A stretch of 64,000 nt of DNA from an uncultured bacterium (GTDB lineage Bacteria; Lernaellota; Lernaellaia; JACKCT01): assembly GCA_964591275.1 (NCBI GenBank), contig CAZQAE010000001.1, positions 51,988 through 115,987 on the forward strand. Direction: 5' to 3'. The translations under genes were made by a program, and so were the position numbers. Positions 56,527 to 64,000 of this stretch are shown piece by piece. How positions within the stretch are numbered: position 1 is the stretch's first letter; every line of letters begins with the position of its first letter. The notes beneath the pieces were generated by a model. The model was given only the letters and a program-made list of their open reading frames with translations, made no database searches and was not told the DNA's origin.

Positions 56527-56642
56527 TTGATCAGAAAAGAAAAGCAGTGACGTGCGAAGCAAATTTTCAGCACTAAGGGCAATGAAGCCAAAGCCCACAA
56601 TGGCCGATTTTGTTTTTCGGCCAAAAGAGAGGAACAGACAAG

Positions 56643-57617
56643 ATGACAAAGAAATTCTGGATATTGATGCTGGCTCTGATTATGGCTCTGGCCGTGGCGT
56701 TCGCATGCGGCGGCGACGACGACGACGACGATGATGGTGATGATGACGATGATCCGGGATTGGGAGATTCGGGAGTGATTCATGGTTTCGTTCGCGATTT
56801 CCAAACGAAGGTGGAAGTTAATAACGCCGATGTGGAAGCCGTTAACGATGAGACGGGCGAATCTTTCGACCCACCGCTGACCTTTACAACCGGCGCCGAC
56901 GGCGAGGTGAGTTTTGAGATTTCTTCGGAAGAGGAGTTCGTTGGAATTCTCGTAAAGAAGGAAGGCAGCCTGGACACAATCCAATTCCATTTCAAGGTTG
57001 GATTGGCAAATGAGGAGTTCCTGCTTATCAACGAAGGCACCAGGGACCTGATGCTGCTTTCATTGGACATTGACATGGATGAGTCGAAGGCAGTTGTCGC
57101 CGGGGGCATTTATTGGGGCGATCCTTTGGATGAAGACGCCGTAGGATGTTCTATGGTGAGTTTTGAGCCGGATGATGGCGTGGGCGTCTATTACTTTGGC
57201 CCGGACGCTTTGCCGAACGCGGCCCGCACCGTTCCTGACGGCCAAACATCCTCAAACGGCCAGGGAACCCTGGAGGGTTACGCCCAGTCCGATGACCATG
57301 CATTAAGCTATTACGTGAGCGTCAACAAAACTCCCGACACCGATGTGAAACTCTTTGCATCCATTTATAGTGTGGAGAACGCCGACTTGGATGGGGCAAA
57401 GGACGACGACGTCGATGGCGATGTGGATGACGACGTAGATGATGACGTCGATGACGATGCGGATGATGATGCGGATGATGATGAACCTTCGTTCACGTCG
57501 GTGAGGGAAAAAAACGTTATTCCGTTGCTCAAGGCCAACACGGCGACCATCGTGAATGTTTATTTTCCAAGGACTACGTATGACGCAAATCCCACTCCGG
57601 CCTGGTGCACGGAATAA
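56643..57617 (+). CDS. Lipoprotein with poly-Asp linkers and carboxypeptidase-regulatory-like beta-sandwich region, paralog A
   Basis: Signal peptide with AFAC lipobox-like motif, then GGDDDDDDDGDDDDD. Central region GVIHGFVRDFQTKVEVNNADVEAVNDETGESFDP. Second DDDV repeat near the C-terminus. Ends TPAWCTE. Confidence 0.6.
   Translation: MTKKFWILMLALIMALAVAFACGGDDDDDDDGDDDDDPGLGDSGVIHGFVRDFQTKVEVNNADVEAVNDETGESFDPPLTFTTGADGEVSFEISSEEEFVGILVKKEGSLDTIQFHFKVGLANEEFLLINEGTRDLMLLSLDIDMDESKAVVAGGIYWGDPLDEDAVGCSMVSFEPDDGVGVYYFGPDALPNAARTVPDGQTSSNGQGTLEGYAQSDDHALSYYVSVNKTPDTDVKLFASIYSVENADLDGAKDDDVDGDVDDDVDDDVDDDADDDADDDEPSFTSVREKNVIPLLKANTATIVNVYFPRTTYDANPTPAWCTE
57403..57484 (+). repeat. Coding GAT/GAC poly-Asp repeat (internal, paralog A)
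   Basis: Tandem GACGACGTNGAT units. A shorter tract lies at 56711..56752. Confidence 0.7.
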
Positions 57618-57740
57618 TCAACCCAATTGTGCCGTGAGGTTTTTTGCCTTATCACTTTGGGACGAAAAATCTTTTGATCGAAAGAGAGAAAAACCTGACA
57701 TGGAAACAATGAGTCCAAAATTTCAACGAAGGGAAATCAA

Positions 57741-58691
57741 ATGAACAAAAATCTGTTTATGGTCCTCGCATTTCTGATGATGGGGATATTTGCCGTAACG
57801 GCTGTATTTGTCGGCTGCGGCGACGATGACGATGATGATGACGATGACGATGATGTGGTTGACGATGACGCTGACGACGACGATGTCGATGATGATGTCA
57901 ACGACGATGTCGATGACGATGTCGATGATGATGTGGATGATGATGTGGATGACGATATCGCGGACGACGCCATCGCTGGTGTTGTCGTGGACTTCAAGGA
58001 AAGGACTATCCTGGCCGGCGCAACGGTCGAAGCCATTGATGATGCCACAGGCGCTTCATTCGATCCGGCCATTACGGGCGATTCGAATGCTGAAGGCTAC
58101 GTTTTGCTGGAAGGCATTCCCGCAGGCAAAGGCGCCGTTGGACTTAAGGTGACCAAGGGCGGTTACGTTGACACCATTCAATACCATTTCCCGACCGGCG
58201 TAAGCGACACGGAGATTCTGGCCGTTTCTTCCGCTACGCAGACCTTGCTCGCGGGTATTTTGCTTCTTCCTGTTCAAGCCGGCAAGGGATTCGCATCCGG
58301 CGGCGTGTATTGGGTTAATGAAGCTGGTGAAGAAGAGTACATTGGCTGCGCTGAAGTGACCGCTGATCCCAATACGATCAACGACGGCATTCACTACTTC
58401 CAATACATGGCATTGATGGACACTTTTGTGCCGACCCTTGATCGCGACATCGCTACGTCCGGTGATCCGCAGGACGGCGAAGGAACGAATCCCGATACGA
58501 GTTACTTTCTCGGCGCCAACGCCGATCCCGGCGCATACACGATTACGGCGACAGCCGGCGACAACAACGATCTGACAGCCACCTCGGTCATTCCGATGGT
58601 TTTCGCCGACAGCATCGTTATCACAACCGTGCTGTTCCAGTTCGAGGACTACCCCACGAACCCGACAGCGACCTGGTGCACCTCCAAGTAA
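57741..58691 (+). CDS. Lipoprotein with poly-Asp linker and carboxypeptidase-regulatory-like region, paralog B
   Basis: Signal peptide with FVGC, then 50-aa (DDDV)n tract. AGVVVDFKERTILAGATVEAIDDATGASFDP aligns with paralog A. Ends TATWCTSK. Confidence 0.6.
   Translation: MNKNLFMVLAFLMMGIFAVTAVFVGCGDDDDDDDDDDDVVDDDADDDDVDDDVNDDVDDDVDDDVDDDVDDDIADDAIAGVVVDFKERTILAGATVEAIDDATGASFDPAITGDSNAEGYVLLEGIPAGKGAVGLKVTKGGYVDTIQYHFPTGVSDTEILAVSSATQTLLAGILLLPVQAGKGFASGGVYWVNEAGEEEYIGCAEVTADPNTINDGIHYFQYMALMDTFVPTLDRDIATSGDPQDGEGTNPDTSYFLGANADPGAYTITATAGDNNDLTATSVIPMVFADSIVITTVLFQFEDYPTNPTATWCTSK
57822..57970 (+). repeat. Coding GAT/GAC poly-Asp repeat (paralog B)
   Basis: 12-nt periodic GATGACGATGTN units. 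The opposite strand reads as the Ser-rich shadow ORF 57737..58072. Confidence 0.75.
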
Positions 58692-58699
58692 ACATGTGC

Positions 58700-58735
58700 A
58701 ACCGGGCGGCATATTGCCGCCCGGTTGTTTTCTTC
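58700..58735 (+). terminator. Strong rho-independent terminator (12-bp perfect stem aaccgggcggca/tgccgcccggtt, loop tat, then GTTTTCTTC)
   Basis: Read directly, 9 bp after the paralog B stop codon. Confidence 0.75.
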
Positions 58736-58838
58736 TAGTTTGGCGAATTTTTTTAAGCGATTTCTTCTGGTTAAGCCGAATTTTCTTGTGGGACAACCAA
58801 CCTTTATTCAATGATGAAACAACCGCGGGAGGTGCTCA

Positions 58839-60587
58839 ATGCGCTGGGGCCGATTGTGTGTGGTCGCCTTGTTCGCCGTCGTTCTTTTGCCATCGCTGGC
58901 TGCGGCGCAGGCTGACAAGTTCGACCTGAACGGATACTTCCAGGCTCAGTATGGATTGTTTACCAATACGGAGTATCACAACGAATCGGATATTGACGGT
59001 TTCCCGTCGAATCACGGCGACAGAGTGGGGAAGCCGTCGATGCTCAGGCACACGCTGCTGTTGGAAGCGGACTGGCGACCTTTTGACAACGTCAAGGTTC
59101 ATGCCGTTTTCCGTGGTGTCAGATCGGGGGCTTTGGGCGCGGACCGTTTCGCGCAGACCCCGGATATGGAATACGATTTAAAGTACAACCACGCCCCCGA
59201 AGTCATGGACGCGAAAATCCAAGCGACGCATAAGCGTTACTACAACGAAAACGAACTTCGTGAGATCTACGTGGACATCGACGCGACGGATAAGATCAAC
59301 CTTCGCGTGGGTCGCCAGCAAGTCAGTTGGGGCGACATGGCGACCTATCGACTTCTGGACGTGGTCAACCCCGTGGACGGAAGCTGGCATTTGCCGCCCT
59401 TTGAAGCTTTTGAGGACACGCGCAAACCCCTATACATGGCCAAGCTCCTGATCGACGTTCCGTGCCTGGAGGGAAACCTGGAAACTTTGTACATTCCCCT
59501 GATGGACGATCCTGAGGACACGGTGACCACGCCGGCCACATTTTACGGTGCATGGGGTTTGCCCGTTGGGTCGAAAAACGATTACGTTTCGGACCTTAGG
59601 GTCGTCAATAAGATCACGCAATATCCCAAGAACGATCTTTCAGATGCACGCGTCGGCGCTCGTTGGAAAGGAATTCTTGGTGGATTGACCTACACGTTGG
59701 TCGCCTATCACGGGCATCAGTTGACGCCGCCGATTCCGGATTACGTCGTCAAGTCCTGGGAAACCGACGATGAAGGGTTCCACAATGCTGATGTCTATTT
59801 GCGTGTTCCAAGGTTGAACACTTACGGTTTCTCGGTCGATTACGCCTTCGAGTCTCCGGTGGGAATGGTGGTGAAACTGGAAGCGGCGGTGACTCCCGAA
59901 GTGCAATACGCCGTTAACTCGCCTCTTTCGGCTGGATTCACCACCGACAATCGCGTGGACAGCACATGGGAGGCCATTGATCCTTCGGCGGGCGCAGAGT
60001 CCGATCTCCGGGCCGATATGCACAGCGAAGAGAGGCACCACGCAGCCTACGCCCTGGAGCTGTTTCGCTCCAACCAGATTCGTTTCATCAATCCCAAGTC
60101 TTCCATCATCACCGTTTTCCGTATTTTCCAGGATTACTATTTCAATCCTGAAGACATCAACGAAGATGAGTACAAACTGGGGAATCCCTACGTCCTGGAA
60201 ACACTCGAGGATGGTTCGCGGGAAAGAAATGAAAACTGGTACATCGTTTACGTGCCCGGGTATGACAGCGCGCTGGCTGCTCCCATCAAAACGACGTTTG
60301 TGGCCGCCGCCTTCACGTCATATTTTCACGGCATGTTTACGCCGGGCGTCGTGGCTGTGTACCTGCCGCGCTATCCTGCGGAAATCGTTGACAGCAGTGA
60401 TGTCTTCGACTGGGAAACCATGGAAAATGGCTCCGGCTTCGTGAGCGCAACAATGAAATTCAGTTTTGGAAACCACTGGCGATTAGCTACGGGATATAAT
60501 TACCTGCAGGGGGCTGATCCCTATTACGATTTGGGATTCTTCCGGGATCGCGACGAGGTTTACGCAAAGGTTCGTTATCAATTCTAG
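58839..60587 (+). CDS. DUF1302 family outer-membrane protein
   Basis: Signal peptide, then the family-typical GYFQAQYGLFT...LRVGRQQVSWGD...LLDVVNP architecture. 582 aa. Confidence 0.75.
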   Translation: MRWGRLCVVALFAVVLLPSLAAAQADKFDLNGYFQAQYGLFTNTEYHNESDIDGFPSNHGDRVGKPSMLRHTLLLEADWRPFDNVKVHAVFRGVRSGALGADRFAQTPDMEYDLKYNHAPEVMDAKIQATHKRYYNENELREIYVDIDATDKINLRVGRQQVSWGDMATYRLLDVVNPVDGSWHLPPFEAFEDTRKPLYMAKLLIDVPCLEGNLETLYIPLMDDPEDTVTTPATFYGAWGLPVGSKNDYVSDLRVVNKITQYPKNDLSDARVGARWKGILGGLTYTLVAYHGHQLTPPIPDYVVKSWETDDEGFHNADVYLRVPRLNTYGFSVDYAFESPVGMVVKLEAAVTPEVQYAVNSPLSAGFTTDNRVDSTWEAIDPSAGAESDLRADMHSEERHHAAYALELFRSNQIRFINPKSSIITVFRIFQDYYFNPEDINEDEYKLGNPYVLETLEDGSRERNENWYIVYVPGYDSALAAPIKTTFVAAAFTSYFHGMFTPGVVAVYLPRYPAEIVDSSDVFDWETMENGSGFVSATMKFSFGNHWRLATGYNYLQGADPYYDLGFFRDRDEVYAKVRYQF

Positions 60588-60631
60588 GCTGTTGCGAAAA
60601 GCTTCGACAATCGCCAAATGGAGGTTATGAA

Positions 60632-61909
60632 ATGAGGTTAAAAAAAATTGCTCTGTTATCGGCTGTGGCTGCGCTGGTCATAGGGGTAGCGACCGTGGCC
60701 GTGGGACAGGGGAAAATAACGCGCGGCAACTGGGCTGAATCCGTTGGTTTCAAACCTGACTTGTCGGGTATGCCCAAAGCCGGAGAAGTTATCAGCGCCG
60801 GCAATCTCGACCAATACAAGTCCGTCATCCCCGGCGGCGTTCAAATGCTGATCAAAAAATACGGTTTCAAGGTATGGACGAAGGATTACGAGTCAGTAGC
60901 TCCTGCCGACAGCTATATCGCCGCGACAAATAAGCATATGGGAACGGCAAAAACCTTGGATCCGAATGCTCATTATCGCAAAATCGGGCTCAAGGGCTAC
61001 AAGGCCGGACTTCCTTTCCCGCATCCTAAAACCGGTGTTGAAGTGGCATGGAACTATACTTATTCCTATTCCGGTGACGATGCAAAAAACTGGTTCGGCG
61101 TTTATTGGATCAGCGCCAAAACCGGCATTGAACGCTCCGAGGATTGGACCTGGAACTACATTACGCGAGGCTGCTTCCGCACGGACATCGAGCCCATGCC
61201 CGATATCCCCGAAGCGCGTGCCAAGCGCATCCAATATTATTCGGTCACGACGGCGCTGTCGCCGCTCGACAAAAAAGGTTTCTCCGCCATGTACACGCGG
61301 AAAATCGAACCCAAGGATCAGCAGGGATACATCTACGTTCCGGCTCAGCGAAAATCAACGCGCTTCGCTTTCGGAACACGAGGTGACTCTTGGAACAACA
61401 CCGACATGCTCTATGAGGATGTGCGCGGATATATGGGTTATCCCGAATGGATGACATGGAAGATCGTCGAGAAAAAGACGATGCTTCTGCCCATGAACGC
61501 CGACGTCCCACACGGGAAGGCTAATATCAGCAAGGTTTACGATTTCGACAGAGCGCCCCATTGGAACTTCAAAGCCAAGTGGGAGCCGCGACCCGTATAC
61601 GTCGTCGAGGCCAAAGCCAAATTCCCGGATTATCCTTATAGCAAGATGGTCTTCTACTTTGATGCGGAGCTATCCTATGTTTGCGTGAAAGATGCTTACG
61701 ACAAGAAGGGGCAACTCTGGAAAGTTCTTGTCAACGCCTGGAATAAGGCAGACGATCCGCACTCTACGCCGTCGCCCGTCGGCACCTCCCTGGTCGTTGA
61801 CTTGCAAGCTGAGCACGCGACGGCCTTCGGTTGGCACAAGTCCCTGTCCAATGTGGGCCTGACGCCTGGGGACTTCAGCCTAGCCAATCTCCGCAAGCTC
61901 GGGAAGTAA
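60632..61909 (+). CDS. DUF1329 family (LolA-like fold) periplasmic protein
   Basis: GGAGG RBS. Signal peptide. Typical DUF1329 length (425 aa). Conserved pairing immediately downstream of a DUF1302 gene. Confidence 0.75.
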   Translation: MRLKKIALLSAVAALVIGVATVAVGQGKITRGNWAESVGFKPDLSGMPKAGEVISAGNLDQYKSVIPGGVQMLIKKYGFKVWTKDYESVAPADSYIAATNKHMGTAKTLDPNAHYRKIGLKGYKAGLPFPHPKTGVEVAWNYTYSYSGDDAKNWFGVYWISAKTGIERSEDWTWNYITRGCFRTDIEPMPDIPEARAKRIQYYSVTTALSPLDKKGFSAMYTRKIEPKDQQGYIYVPAQRKSTRFAFGTRGDSWNNTDMLYEDVRGYMGYPEWMTWKIVEKKTMLLPMNADVPHGKANISKVYDFDRAPHWNFKAKWEPRPVYVVEAKAKFPDYPYSKMVFYFDAELSYVCVKDAYDKKGQLWKVLVNAWNKADDPHSTPSPVGTSLVVDLQAEHATAFGWHKSLSNVGLTPGDFSLANLRKLGK

Positions 61910-61913
61910 TCGC

Positions 61914-62978
61914 ATGAACAAAAGTCGCCTGACAGGGGGCCTCATTCTGAGGCCCTTGATCCTTTGCATCATCGTTTTGCCGTTTATTACGACCTCCCTG
62001 GCTTTGGCTTCGGATTTCGACCCGAAGGTCCCCGTCGCCTTTCGTGACCGGCTCTATGATGTTCAGTTTATTTCCGAAACCGAAGCCATCATTATTGGCT
62101 ATCCGGGTAAGATTTTCAGAAGCGCCGACGGCGGAGAAACTTGGGAACGCATCACCATCGACACAACGGAGCCGCTGTTTTCGCTGCATTTCATCAATGC
62201 GAAAACCGGCTGGATCGCCGGAAGAAGCGGTTTGATCTTCATCACGGGAGACGGTGGAAAAACCTGGACGAAGCAGGACAGCGGCGTGAGTGAGCATCTT
62301 TTCGGCATTCATTTTTTCAATGAAAAAGTCGGCGTCGCCGTCGGCAACTTCGGCGTCATTGTTAACACTGTTGACGGAGGAAAAACGTGGTCTGGTCAAA
62401 TCCTCCAGGAGATGTCTTCGGCGACTATATACGCAGTGCAAATGCTCGACGAAAACACTGGCTTTCTGGTGGGTGAGTATCCAATATGGGAAGCGGATTT
62501 GGAAGAAGATGTCGAGGCCTCCACTTTGAGTAGTGTTTTCAAAACCTCCGACAGCGGCGTTACATGGGAGCGCGTGGAGGTTCCGACCGAGTCTCACCTT
62601 TTTGATCTCGAATTTGTCAGTGCGCTGGAAGGATACGCCGTTGGGACGAAGGGATTGGTGCTCAAGACTCTGGATGGCGGAGTGACCTGGGAAGTTTTCA
62701 AAGCGCCGACGCCCTTCCATCTTCTGAGCGTTGAAGCTCATGGCGATACTGTTGTGGCTGTGGGAAACGCGGGGACCGCCGTTTACAAGAAAGGCGGCGA
62801 AATCAAAATTCCCCCAACGGGAGCCTATTCCTGGATTGGGTCTGTGAGCTTCAATAAAAAAGGCCGGGGGATTCTCGTGGGCGACCACGGCCTCATCATG
62901 CTCTCGGAAGATAAAGGCAATACGTGGACTTGCCTGTCGCCGACATGCAAAGGCGTTGACCAACAAAAAACGAAGTGA
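61914..62978 (+). CDS. BNR/Asp-box repeat protein (Ycf48-like beta-propeller)
   Basis: Repeated S/T-x-D-G-G-x-T-W Asp-box motifs (SADGGETW, TGDGGKTW, TVDGGKTW, TLDGGVTW, SEDKGNTW). Confidence 0.75.
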   Translation: MNKSRLTGGLILRPLILCIIVLPFITTSLALASDFDPKVPVAFRDRLYDVQFISETEAIIIGYPGKIFRSADGGETWERITIDTTEPLFSLHFINAKTGWIAGRSGLIFITGDGGKTWTKQDSGVSEHLFGIHFFNEKVGVAVGNFGVIVNTVDGGKTWSGQILQEMSSATIYAVQMLDENTGFLVGEYPIWEADLEEDVEASTLSSVFKTSDSGVTWERVEVPTESHLFDLEFVSALEGYAVGTKGLVLKTLDGGVTWEVFKAPTPFHLLSVEAHGDTVVAVGNAGTAVYKKGGEIKIPPTGAYSWIGSVSFNKKGRGILVGDHGLIMLSEDKGNTWTCLSPTCKGVDQQKTK

Positions 62979-62989
62979 AGAATACGAAT

Positions 62990-64000
62990 ATGAAACCATC
63001 CGAAAAGCAGAAAATCGGGACCTTCTTTATTAAGAATCGAATCCTCGTCGTGGCTGTCGTTTTGATCCTGACGACCTTTTTCGGGATTATGACCACGCGC
63101 GTGCACATGAAGACACCGACGATCGACCTGTTTCCGAAAAACCATCCTTATGTTGAAACTTATGCCGAATATCAGGATGTTTTCGGCGGCGCGGACCACG
63201 TTGCAATTTCTCTCGAAGTCTTTAAGGGCGATGTATTCAACACAAAGACACTGGAAAAGCTAAGGCGCATAACCAAGGCCATTGAACTTTTGCCTGCGGT
63301 GAACAACTACTCTGTTCTGTCGTTAGCGCAGCGCAAAATTAAAATCACCACGGTGGACGAGATCAAAGGCTTTAAGTCCGATCCCGTTATGTGGCCCGAC
63401 GTCCCGCAAAGCGAAGAGGAACTGAGTGAACTTCGCCGCAAGGTGTACGCCAGCGGTCGCTATCACGGTTCACTGGTTTCTACGGACGACAAGTCGCTGA
63501 TGGTTTATGCGGGCTTTTTTGAAAAGGGTTTGCAAAGCGCCGGCGACACGATCGAAGAGGTTGTACGCTACATCGCGAGCGTCGAGGGCCAGGAACCGGA
63601 CGAGGCTGTGGAAATCATGGCAAAGGTTGCTTCCGATCAGAAGTGGTCGATGGACGACACGCTGTTCACCGCGATCCGCAAGATTGCCGTTTCCGAGGAA
63701 GATGAGAATCACAAGATTCGTATGATCGGCCGTCCAATCATGCTGGGATGGATCGCGCAGAAGTATCCTCAGCTCGCCTACATTTTCCTTTTGACCGTTC
63801 TGGTCATCGTTATCAGCCTGATCCTGTATTTCAAGAATTTCGTGGGCGTCGTCATCCCAATGCTCACTGCGACCTTTTCAGCCATATGGGGCATCGGCTT
63901 CCTGGGATTGCTCAACTACTTGGCAGAGGTCAAAGGAATTGACTGGTTCGGACTGGGCGACTACCACTTCAATCCCCTCGTGATTGTTGTGCCGTTCATC
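62990..64000 (+). CDS. RND-superfamily (MMPL/HpnN-like) exporter, N-terminal part (partial; runs off window end)
   Basis: ATG 62990. TM1, then large periplasmic loop, then TM cluster LTVLVIVISLILYF...AIWGIGFLGLLNYL. Frame stays open through position 64000 (337 codons, no stop), so it is absent from the ORF track. Confidence 0.7.
   Translation, partial: MKPSEKQKIGTFFIKNRILVVAVVLILTTFFGIMTTRVHMKTPTIDLFPKNHPYVETYAEYQDVFGGADHVAISLEVFKGDVFNTKTLEKLRRITKAIELLPAVNNYSVLSLAQRKIKITTVDEIKGFKSDPVMWPDVPQSEEELSELRRKVYASGRYHGSLVSTDDKSLMVYAGFFEKGLQSAGDTIEEVVRYIASVEGQEPDEAVEIMAKVASDQKWSMDDTLFTAIRKIAVSEEDENHKIRMIGRPIMLGWIAQKYPQLAYIFLLTVLVIVISLILYFKNFVGVVIPMLTATFSAIWGIGFLGLLNYLAEVKGIDWFGLGDYHFNPLVIVVPFI

Noticed and set aside
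56193-56576. 127-aa ORF in the long intergenic gap
   Set aside because: No RBS, no signal or domain features, and unusual W/C/F-rich composition. Retained only as an alternative explanation in the findings.

Overview
This 64-kb window looks like a contig from an uncultured diderm (Gram-negative-type) bacterium. GC is roughly 55%, gene density is high, and many adjacent genes overlap by 4 bp (ATGA-type) or start with TTG/GTG.

I support about 50 protein-coding genes. Housekeeping genes are tsaD, a DUF2062 gene, rsmA/ksgA, and glyQ-glyS. Most other genes encode envelope, secreted or polysaccharide proteins.

Three regions stand out.
- Radical-SAM cluster at 5.3-9.1 kb and 13.3-14.8 kb: one B12-binding radical SAM is divergent from two tandem, translationally coupled radical-SAM/SPASM paralogs, with a perfect 14-bp palindrome in the 50-bp divergent promoter. 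A second B12-binding radical SAM lies next to a GT39/ArnT-like glycosyltransferase. No precursor peptide is visible.
- Seven-gene minus-strand operon at 38.9-52.3 kb: a synthase-dependent exopolysaccharide locus not matching any single described system. It contains a small TM protein, a degenerate-GGDEF protein with an intact RxxD I-site (PelD-like c-di-GMP receptor), a DUF2334 deacetylase-like protein, a PgaC/IcaA-like processive GT2, a periplasmic glycoside-hydrolase-like protein, a 1769-aa TPR + C-terminal beta-barrel exporter (PgaA/BcsC-like), and a polytopic membrane protein fused to an SGNH hydrolase.
- Poly-Asp secreted proteins: five encode (DDDX)n poly-aspartate tracts (four directly after an F-[GA]-C lipobox-like cysteine, one as a C-terminal tail ending in GCGC). 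These create characteristic Arg/His-rich or Ser/Met-rich shadow ORFs.

Other content includes a DUF1302-DUF1329-BNR-RND(MMPL) four-gene cluster at the 3' end (a Marinobacter Aup alkane-uptake-like hypothesis is speculative and rests only on recollection of the DUF assignments). There are also two LtaS/EptA-like sulfatase-family membrane proteins lacking the formylglycine motif, a neutral-ceramidase-like hydrolase operon, a DUF4388+J-domain+TPR protein, several clear rho-independent terminators, and structured intergenic repeats.

No rRNA, CRISPR or obvious mobile elements were seen. tRNAs were not systematically excluded.
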